Positions 1 through 6,732 of a stretch of 64,000 bases of DNA are shown piece by piece. The position numbers and the translations under genes are program-made. Source of the DNA: Candidatus Bathyarchaeia archaeon (GTDB lineage: Archaea; Thermoproteota; Bathyarchaeia; 40CM-2-53-6; CALIRQ01). Below the pieces are notes generated by a model. It did not search any database, was not told the origin of the DNA, and was given only the letters and a program-made list of their open reading frames with translations. The number at the start of each line of letters is the position of its first letter. The stretch's first letter is position 1. The stretch lies in NCBI GenBank assembly GCA_038843675.1, contig JAWBRV010000003.1, positions 4,908-68,907 of the forward strand, given 5' to 3'.

Positions 1-958
1 CCTCTCCGGTCCTGCCATCTATCCTGATGTTGCCTATGCGATTGCCGTTAGCATCCAAGATGGGCACGCTATAGGCGGATCGGAGCTGCTTCGGGTCCCC
101 GGCGCTCCATCCCCTCGCCATCGAGTCTTGGACGGCTTTAATGGCGGCTTCAGCCGTCGGCGTATTGAGCTTGCCCAAGACCACGGCCATGACCGCCTTG
201 CCCCTGTATTCTATGCGAACCACCCACGAGCCGCCCCTCTCCTTTGCCTCACCGACCTTGAACTCCTTTATGGAGTCGTTGGCTATGGCCTTCGCTTGCT
301 CGCCCGTCACCATCATTATGGTCGAAGGCCTCCTGATGATCTCGCCGTTCCTGCCGTCCACCCTAACGACGGCCACGATGGAATCCTTGTAATCGAGCAA
401 TGGGACGGCGTATATGGTCCTCATCAGCTTCGGCTCCCCGGCCTTCCAGCCCCTTCTAAGAGACTCCTCCACGAAGGCCTTGGCCTGCTCCGCCGTGGAG
501 GCGACCACGTTGGCTACATGGATCGATGCCACCACTCCCTCCCCGTCCTCGATGGGGACGATCCAGCCGGCCCTGAAGGGGGCTACGGTGCCCACCTTGA
601 AGCTCGGTATGGCGGCTTCGACCGCCGCCTTGGCTTGGGCGGAACTAATGGTCACGTTCCCAGCCCGGCCCCGCCACCATTGGGCGGGCGCCGATTGACC
701 CTTGCGCATCTGGAGCGCATTAACCCATCCAGCCATGCCTAGGCCCCGCCCTTCGGCGGGGAGATCGGCGGCCCATGGGGGCACGGGGCTCCATTCATCG
801 CCCATCCTCCCGGGGCCGATCCGAGGCCCACCGAGCGGCCCGGCCATGTAGGGGACCGCCTTCGCCATCGATGCGAAGGCCGCATTGGCCAAGAGCGCCG
901 AAACGACCATCGCCGCTACGATCGCCGCCGGTAGCGCACTCTTCCAATTTCCATTCAT
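1..958 (-). CDS. Secreted PepSY-repeat protein, 3' end beyond window start. Minus-strand ORF from ATG at 958 running off the edge, with N-terminal signal peptide MNGNWKSALPAAIVAAMVVSALLANAAFA and at least three PepSY-like repeats. Not in the ORF track because it lacks a stop inside the window.
   Basis: Manual reverse-complement translation is stop-free from 958 to 1 and the ATG at 736 is in frame. Repeated ~60-aa modules (AEQAKAFVEESLRRGW...VDGRNGEI; TAEAAIKAVQDSMARGW...IDGRTGE) match PepSY architecture. The + strand ORFs 128..742 etc. read as G/R/H/P-rich antisense junk. Confidence 0.6.
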   Translation of the reverse strand, partial: MNGNWKSALPAAIVAAMVVSALLANAAFASMAKAVPYMAGPLGGPRIGPGRMGDEWSPVPPWAADLPAEGRGLGMAGWVNALQMRKGQSAPAQWWRGRAGNVTISSAQAKAAVEAAIPSFKVGTVAPFRAGWIVPIEDGEGVVASIHVANVVASTAEQAKAFVEESLRRGWKAGEPKLMRTIYAVPLLDYKDSIVAVVRVDGRNGEIIRRPSTIMMVTGEQAKAIANDSIKEFKVGEAKERGGSWVVRIEYRGKAVMAVVLGKLNTPTAEAAIKAVQDSMARGWSAGDPKQLRSAYSVPILDANGNRIGNIRIDGRTGE

Positions 959-1143
959 CTTTTCCTTCGCCTCGCCCTCCCCCGAGGGGCGAGCCATAAT
1001 AAGGGTTGTGTAACTTTGTTGAGCAACAATGTTAACGGCCGCATCCCTCTTGAACTGAGAAGACGGGGGAGGCGATCCCAAGGGGCCGCGGGGGATCCTC
1101 GCCCCGCACCCATGATCTTACCATTAACCCATCCGCCAAATGT

Positions 1144-1488
1144 CTAAAATCCTAAATCCAGCATCGTTTTATCGACTTGATGGCGTAAGTGCGGGTCGTC
1201 GGATAGGATCCTCGCTCGATTAACGATCGCCGTGGAAGCGATTACGCAATCGCCGATCGGGACATCCCTGTGCTGGCATTTGAGCAATCCGGCCAGTTTG
1301 GCGATATTCCGATCCAGATCTTGGATCTGCAATCCGCTCCCGACGAGGGATAGGTAACAAGTTTCTGCCGCATCCTTTCCCAATTTTTCGCAAAGGACCT
1401 TAACGATTTCGCATATGACGATCGTCGGTAGCAAACCCCTTTTATGCCGAATAAGCTCATCCAGCCTTTTTGATGTCTTACGCCTCAC
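1144..1488 (-). CDS. vapC: PIN-domain toxin VapC (GTG start)
   Basis: PIN-like order of acidic residues (RLDELI near N-terminus; C-terminal IASTAIVNRARILSDDPHL resembles VapC LIAATAL...T.D motif). It lies immediately downstream of an AbrB-type antitoxin on the same strand. Confidence 0.7.
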   Translation of the reverse strand: MRRKTSKRLDELIRHKRGLLPTIVICEIVKVLCEKLGKDAAETCYLSLVGSGLQIQDLDRNIAKLAGLLKCQHRDVPIGDCVIASTAIVNRARILSDDPHLRHQVDKTMLDLGF

Positions 1489-1550
1489 CTCTGCCTCATC
1501 GGAGTAGGAAATGTTCTATTAGGAACCTGGTATCTATTACCTCCTTCAAG

Positions 1551-1778
1551 CTAATACTCCTCTCTGATCCTATCCAACTCCCTTTTGATCTCATCCGCTC
1601 GGCCGAATTTCGAATAGGCACCGGCCAGCTCCGCGAGCCTTGGGATCGGTTTGAATAGCAATCCCCCTTCGACGGGCTCCACGACCAACGCGTCCCCCTC
1701 CCTTATCCCAAATCTCTCCCTTAGCTCCACCGGGATGGTCGTTTGCCCCCTCCTGGTCACCTTCACAATGTTTCGCAT
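1551..1778 (-). CDS. vapB: AbrB/SpoVT(MazE)-type antitoxin VapB
   Basis: 75 aa. N-terminal swapped-hairpin motif (VKVTRRGQTTIPVELRERFGIREGDALVV). It is upstream of vapC, with a TATA-like TTTAAAATA about 25 nt upstream on the minus strand (1805-1815). Confidence 0.65.
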   Translation of the reverse strand: MRNIVKVTRRGQTTIPVELRERFGIREGDALVVEPVEGGLLFKPIPRLAELAGAYSKFGRADEIKRELDRIREEY

Positions 1779-1847
1779 GATCTATACAAGATTTGGATAG
1801 CGTACTATTTTAAAGTAGGATCGATTCGAGAGGATTGCAAATCCAAC

Positions 1848-2651
1848 TCATGTTAAGGGTATCTTATACTTGATCAGCCCCTCCCCGCTCTCCGGCATAT
1901 CGCCGGCCGGCAGCGCGAGGGCGAAGGGTTCGCCGCCATAGACCCCCGTTGAGCTTATGGTGACGACCCTGCCCCCATGCTCGACGAATGGACCATCGAG
2001 AGCCTTCATGGGCTCGTGGCTCCTGACGATATACCCTATCCCTAGGGCCCCGCAAACCCTCTCGCTGACGTCCTCCCCGAACAGGACGCCGGCGCCCCTG
2101 GGGTTTGGAAACTCCCCCTCCCCATCGCAGGGATCGCTCCAAAGGACATCCTCCTCCACCGGCTGGGTTGGGCGGTCCAAGTCGTTGGCGGACCCTATCT
2201 TGGAGGATATGCCCCCATGGACGAAGAGCGCGTTCCCCAATAGGGCCGCGAGGTGGAGCCTCTGGATGAAGTCCCTCAGGAACGAATCGTAGTACTCCCT
2301 CCATCCGCCCCTCTTCCATTCGGCCTCCTCCATCAGATCGCATGGCGAGAAATACGGGAGGCCATCCCTGTAGTCTTCATGGTTCCCCTTCAGGGCCGTT
2401 ACGGAATCGCCGCAGCGATCCAGCAGGGCATCGATCCCTTCTATTACCTCAATGCCCCTATCGCCCCTATCGGCGTAATCGCCTAGGAATATCAGCAGAT
2501 CCCGATCGGGGTCGAAGATCTCCTCGATCCGCCGGAGGCTCTCCAAATCCCCGTGTAGGTCGCCAACGATTATGGCCCTATCCTTGCCGGCCGCATCTAT
2601 CCTTCTGAGCCGGCCCCCTTTCGGCATGGGCTGGATATACGCCGGGTTCAA
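1848..2651 (-). CDS. PPP-family Ser/Thr protein phosphatase (metallophosphoesterase)
   Basis: Motifs GDLHGD, GDYADRG and GNHE are the canonical GDxHG/GDxVDRG/GNHE of the PPP phosphatase family. Confidence 0.85.
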   Translation of the reverse strand: MNPAYIQPMPKGGRLRRIDAAGKDRAIIVGDLHGDLESLRRIEEIFDPDRDLLIFLGDYADRGDRGIEVIEGIDALLDRCGDSVTALKGNHEDYRDGLPYFSPCDLMEEAEWKRGGWREYYDSFLRDFIQRLHLAALLGNALFVHGGISSKIGSANDLDRPTQPVEEDVLWSDPCDGEGEFPNPRGAGVLFGEDVSERVCGALGIGYIVRSHEPMKALDGPFVEHGGRVVTISSTGVYGGEPFALALPAGDMPESGEGLIKYKIPLT

Positions 2652-2701
2652 AATAAACCGAGCCTTTTGCTAGCGGCCCCAAGGCGATGATTCTAGGGTC
2701 C

Positions 2702-4876
2702 CTAGGCCGCTCGTCGCTTCCTCCCCCTTATGAGCGAAGCCAATCCGATGGATCCCAATAATGCCATCGAGGCCAAGTAGGGCGCCAAGATCGCGAGCTC
2801 GTTTGAGGGCATCAGGTATCCTCCGACGAGCCTCCTGCGCGAGGAGGGGGGCGGTGGCGGAGGCGGGGGCGGCGGAGGAGGTGGCGGGGGAGGCGGCGGT
2901 GGGGGCGGGGCGGTCGTAGTTTGGGTTGTCGTTGGGGTCGTGGTGGCGGTCCCCGTAGTGTAGGTGGTAGTTGTGGTCGTGGTGATCGTCGTGGTGGCGG
3001 TCGCCGTCGTGGTCGGGGATACCTCCACGACCGTCTCCTCCACTATTGGATCGACCTTAACCTCGAAGAGGAGCTTGAAAAATTCCAAGGCCCAAACCCA
3101 GATCGTATGGAGCCTTTGATGGAGATCCCAGATCTCCCCAACCTCCCCAAAGATGATCTCCGTCACGTATACGGTCCCCCCAGCGGTGGAGCCGGTCACG
3201 GTCCACGTGTCGACCTTGGTGGTCGTGGACCAAGGCACCGGTTGCTCCAGCGTCGTATCGCTGGTCGCGATGGAGGTCGATGTGGATCGCAACTCCGTCG
3301 TCGATCTCGTCCATGAGGTCGTGAATGTAGTCGCGGTCGTATATGTCGTCGCCATTGGACCGGTCGTCACGATGGTCGTCTTCCTCGTTGACGTTGGGTT
3401 CGTGACATAGGATGTGGAGGTCGTTTCGATCGTCGAAGACGCGATGGTGGTCGATGTCCGATCTGGAGAGGTGGTGGTGATCGTTGTGGTCGTGGTCGTG
3501 GTGATCGTCGTGGTGGCGGTCGCGACTAAGTACACGGTCAGTGGCTTGCTATCGCCCTCTAGGCCATCGGCGGAAACCGATATCGTCCAAGTCCCGGCCA
3601 ATTCATCGTAATAATAAAAGTCGGCCGAGCTGGAGCCATCTGGGATCGTTATCGACGTCACGGGCTCTCCCCCGGGCGCCGTGGAGAACTTCTTATTCCC
3701 CCCGGTCGAGGTAGAGTGGAGGTATACGATCGTTTCCCCCGAATATACGGGCGAGCCGAACGCGTCAAACCTCTCGACCGTGTATTTGGTGGTCCATTGG
3801 CCCGCCGGGACCGATGAGGGCCAAAGGGTTATCCTCAGCTGGGCGGCCGATGGATCGAACCTACAGAACCTGTTCCCGCCCCCGGGCCATGTGGAAGGCG
3901 CGCCTTGCCAATAATATATATGGCCATTCGCGAACCCCAGCCTGTTCCCGGTCCAATAGCCCACGGGGTACGGGAGCCTCTCCAGCTCCATCCATTCGTT
4001 GCTGGAGATCCTATAGGCATAGAACCCGTAGCCTGGGTTTTCATCGACATCTCCACCCCCCAATGCGAAGATATATTCCTTATATTTGGCGGTCCAGAGG
4101 AGCGATCCCCCATCTCCCACTCCCCTCTGGACCGGTATGGGGGGCAGGTCCTCCCATTTCCCGGTGGGGATGTGATATCTGGCGAAGTCGTTATGGGGGA
4201 CCGTCTCCTCCCATTCCCCACTCATCGCGTATAAGTACTCCCCCCCATCCCAAGCCAACGAGGCGCCATCATCGATCAGCTTCCAACTCGGATTGAGATC
4301 CAATTTCTCCCATTGGCCCGAGCTCGGGTCATAGCGCGCGAATCCCGCGCCGTGTTTGTTGCTGCCGAGCAATGCATAAAGCCTTCCATCATATCCGGAG
4401 TAGGCTATGGCATCCCCAGCGCCCTGCGGATATGGCGTGTCCCTTAACATTTTCCATTCATTCCGTGAAATAATATAACGGCAAAAATAATACCTGTTTT
4501 CTCCATAGGCGGCGCCTAGGAGGGCGTATATGTTATCGCCCCCGTCCCAAGCGAGGGCTGTGCCGCTCTTGGGCCTCGGAATCGGATCATTAGGATGTAT
4601 CGGATCATCGGGATCCCATTCCAAAATGGTTTTCCATTCGTTGATCGATGGATCATATATCCAAAAATAACATCTGCCGGTGGAATAGGCCCGAATCACA
4701 TAAATATAATTGCCAGTCCCGACCACCGCCTCCCCCAAACCGCCTTGGATGGGGGTAGGGGCCCTCTCAACCCATTTTCCCCCTTGGGCGGCGGCAATTG
4801 GGAAGGGGGAGGAAAAAAATAACAACAAAATTGCTAGGGCCTTCGCCATCCTGAGCGTTCCCATCGCCCGTCTCAT
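2702..4876 (-). CDS. Cell-surface Kelch/beta-propeller protein with a Thr-rich stalk, ~21-proline tract and C-terminal transmembrane anchor
   Basis: N-terminal signal peptide (MRRAMGTLRMAKALAILLLFFSSPFPIAAAQG). Repeated W/Y-rich Kelch-like blades (YALLGA, NEWK, YDGRLYA). Long TTTT(I)TTTT low-complexity segments, P(21) encoded at 2846-2908, then a hydrophobic helix plus basic tail RGRKRRAA. Confidence 0.7.
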   Translation of the reverse strand: MRRAMGTLRMAKALAILLLFFSSPFPIAAAQGGKWVERAPTPIQGGLGEAVVGTGNYIYVIRAYSTGRCYFWIYDPSINEWKTILEWDPDDPIHPNDPIPRPKSGTALAWDGGDNIYALLGAAYGENRYYFCRYIISRNEWKMLRDTPYPQGAGDAIAYSGYDGRLYALLGSNKHGAGFARYDPSSGQWEKLDLNPSWKLIDDGASLAWDGGEYLYAMSGEWEETVPHNDFARYHIPTGKWEDLPPIPVQRGVGDGGSLLWTAKYKEYIFALGGGDVDENPGYGFYAYRISSNEWMELERLPYPVGYWTGNRLGFANGHIYYWQGAPSTWPGGGNRFCRFDPSAAQLRITLWPSSVPAGQWTTKYTVERFDAFGSPVYSGETIVYLHSTSTGGNKKFSTAPGGEPVTSITIPDGSSSADFYYYDELAGTWTISVSADGLEGDSKPLTVYLVATATTTITTTTTTTITTTSPDRTSTTIASSTIETTSTSYVTNPTSTRKTTIVTTGPMATTYTTATTFTTSWTRSTTELRSTSTSIATSDTTLEQPVPWSTTTKVDTWTVTGSTAGGTVYVTEIIFGEVGEIWDLHQRLHTIWVWALEFFKLLFEVKVDPIVEETVVEVSPTTTATATTTITTTTTTTYTTGTATTTPTTTQTTTAPPPPPPPPPPPPPPPPPPPPPSSRRRLVGGYLMPSNELAILAPYLASMALLGSIGLASLIRGRKRRAA

Positions 4877-4894
4877 CGCCGCCGCCCCTTGAGC

Positions 4895-4915
4895 TTTTTT
4901 TTTTTAAAAAAAAAA
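4895..4915. promoter_or_regulatory. T11-A10 perfect palindrome in a 74-bp divergent intergenic region. Probable shared TATA/BRE region for the genes starting at 4876 (minus) and 4951 (plus).
   Basis: Sequence ttttttttttt aaaaaaaaaa ttaattttt lies between two divergent start codons at -20 to -55 of both. Confidence 0.35.
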
Positions 4916-4950
4916 TTAATTTTTCGGGTCCTACGCCCGAGGATGGGACC

Positions 4951-5814
4951 ATGAAAGGGAAGCGGGGCGGGAGGCCCAAGGGGAAGAGGGAGGCGAAAAC
5001 CCGGAGGCTGATCCGCTCCTTGGCCATTTGCCTCCTATTGGCCTTCATAGCCTTCCTAATCGCCGCGCCTCAAGCCCCGCGGCCGATGACGTCCAATCCC
5101 CAGCTCTCCGATGCCCAAAGATCGGATCGGATCTCGAAAATGTCCATTCGGGCGGCGATCGTTGATCAGCTCGGCGCCCATTTCCCGAATCAGGCCTTCA
5201 TCTCAGCGGCGGAGGGCCTGCTCCGGAGGGCCGGGTTTAATGTGAATGTATATGGGCCCGAGGAGGTAGGGGTAGGCCTTTACGGCTCGTTGCCGGCCAA
5301 GGGTTATAAGCTGATAATATTCCGGGTCCACGCCGGAATCGGCGAGGGGCTCGAGGGCCGCCCCGTTGGCCTATTCACCACCGAGGCCTATAGCCCCTTC
5401 GCGTACCCAAAGGAGCAGCTGGCCAAGCTGATCGGCCCGGCCCAAGCCTTTAACGGGAGCGAGGTCGTATTCGCCATCGCGCCGAGGTTCATCAGGGATC
5501 GATCCATAATGGATTACCCGGGCTCCATCATAATCCTCATGGGCTGCTTCGGCCTTTACGGCGAGGAGCTACCCAAGGCCTTCATCGAGCGGGGCGCTTC
5601 CGTGGTGATTGGATGGACGGGACTAGTGGACATCGCCCATACGGATGAGGCGACGCTCGCGCTTTTGGGGAGGCTCGCCGAGGGTATGACCATAGAGGAA
5701 GCGGTCTCGGAGGCCATGAGGGCCGTTGGGCCGGATCCGGAGGGCCATAGCGTGCTCGGATATTATCCGATCGGGAGAGGTGGCATAAGGATTCTCCCAA
5801 GGACCGCTGGATGA
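4951..5814 (+). CDS. N-terminally membrane-anchored hypothetical protein; weak caspase-fold-like His/Cys dyad pattern
   Basis: Basic N-terminus then a TM helix (LIRSLAICLLLAFIAFLIAA). A hydrophobic strand + HG (IIFRVHAGIG) and, ~75 aa later, a hydrophobic strand + Cys (IIILMGCFG). The protease assignment is inference only. Confidence 0.5.
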   Translation: MKGKRGGRPKGKREAKTRRLIRSLAICLLLAFIAFLIAAPQAPRPMTSNPQLSDAQRSDRISKMSIRAAIVDQLGAHFPNQAFISAAEGLLRRAGFNVNVYGPEEVGVGLYGSLPAKGYKLIIFRVHAGIGEGLEGRPVGLFTTEAYSPFAYPKEQLAKLIGPAQAFNGSEVVFAIAPRFIRDRSIMDYPGSIIILMGCFGLYGEELPKAFIERGASVVIGWTGLVDIAHTDEATLALLGRLAEGMTIEEAVSEAMRAVGPDPEGHSVLGYYPIGRGGIRILPRTAG

Positions 5815-5902
5815 TGATTGCTTTGAGCGGTGCCCATCCGGAGCGCCCCGGGCTGGGAGAGAATGGATCGAGGAATTGGGGATCCCGCCAAGTTACTTGG
5901 GA

Positions 5903-6026
5903 TGGCGGGCCCGCGGGGATTCGAACCCCGGATCTCCGGCTCCCCGCTCCGATGGAACCGCAGGCATTCGCGCTCGGCCAAAGGCCGTCCCGCTCAGCGT
6001 CCTGATCCTGACTAGACTACGGGCCC
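5903..6026 (-). tRNA. tRNA gene with encoded CCA and about 48 nt of extra sequence (one or more introns); anticodon not resolved
   Basis: Minus-strand read: acceptor GGGCCCG (6026-6020) pairs perfectly with CGGGCCC (5913-5907). Canonical T-arm CGGGG-TTCGAAT-CCCCG (5930-5914), discriminator G, CCA (5905-5903). D-arm GTCT/GGAC. Archaeal TATA (TTTATA, + 6050-6055) sits at -24..-29. Body length of 121 nt implies intron(s). Confidence 0.6.
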
Positions 6027-6049
6027 GTCTATCGGATTCGAGGTTCCGC

Positions 6050-6055
6050 TATAAA
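6050..6055 (-). promoter_or_regulatory. TATA box of the tRNA gene at 5903..6026
   Basis: TTTATA on the minus strand, 24-29 nt upstream of the tRNA 5' end. Confidence 0.4.
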
Positions 6056-6374
6056 TCGTTTCCATTTTAACGGGAGATGGCGGGGAAATGGAATCGCCGT
6101 AATGCCCATTTTTGTGTTAATTGACAACGATTTTCTCCATCTCTATTATCCCGTTCCTACCATCGCTCACTTCCCCTTCACCTTCTGGATATATCGGGGC
6201 CTCTTTGGCCTCGCCTCGGCCGGGTAAAGCCAATAGCCGTCCCCATGCGCGGAGGGGTTTCCATCGAAAGCTCTTGCTCGAAGCTTCATTCACCTGACCT
6301 AGGAGGCCGAGGCCGCCTCGAACCCGAGCAAGCGATGGGCCGCGGGGCCTTATGCCCGGCCCTTTGATCCCTTT

Positions 6375-6500
6375 ACGCCGGAATCTTTGATTTATTTTTG
6401 ATTTTTTGATCCCATTTCCAAGAAATTGGGATGAAAATTTCCCCCTTTCGGCTGGAATTTGATTTATTTGATTTCTTTTGATTTCAATCAAGATTTCAAA
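6375..6500. repeat. AT-rich cluster of five or more direct TTTGATTT repeats flanking an inverted repeat (TCCCA-N12-TGGGA), inside a ~700-bp non-coding stretch
   Basis: Sequence reads ctTTGATTTattTTTGATTTTTTGATcc ... aaTTTGATTTaTTTGATTTcTTTTGATTTcaatcaagATTTCAAAA in a 60% GC genome. It is followed by the palindromes AAGGGCCCTT (6501-6510) and C7-TATA-G6 (6522-6538). Confidence 0.5.
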
Positions 6501-6732
6501 AAGGGCCCTTTTCGAGACCCTCCCCCCCTATAGGGGGGTTCGGCGTTATAATCACAGTGTTGAGGATCCATGTGGCCCCGCGCCGCCCAACGCGATCCAG
6601 TTCGCATTAGGGCCCGCTATGCCCGTTGGCGAATCGCATCGGCCAGCCTTTTTATATCCGGCAACGGATCAAATCGGAAAGTGGCTAGGGTTGGGCGGGC
6701 TCAAGACCGGGAAGGTGCCTCCGGATAAGCTG

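Noticed and set aside
128-999. Four + strand ORFs (128..742, 141..392, 414..698, 775..999)
   Set aside because: They are antisense to the manually recovered PepSY gene. Their translations are G/R/H/P-rich with no motifs.
3814-4296. + strand ORFs inside the Kelch gene (3814..4296, 3905..4234 etc.)
   Set aside because: Antisense of a well-supported 724-aa gene. Arg/Pro-rich junk translation.
5811-6070. Small + strand ORFs (5811..6005, 5830..6015, 5876..6070)
   Set aside because: They overlap the tRNA gene and its promoter. Arg/Pro/Gly-rich translations.
6117-6491. Minus-strand 124-aa ORF in the AT-rich repeat region
   Set aside because: K/R/G-rich low-complexity translation spanning the repeat array and GC-rich structured DNA. 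No start context. Judged non-coding.
6375-6500. TTTGATTT repeat array as a CRISPR array
   Set aside because: Repeats are only 8 nt, with no regular about 30-nt spacers and no leader/cas context. More consistent with origin or regulatory repeats.
6478-6732. N-terminal 85 codons of the ORF-track call 6478..7740
   Set aside because: They cover the AT-rich repeats and GC palindromes. The conserved PurM-like N-terminus (GIGEDAAVI) follows the Met at 6733.
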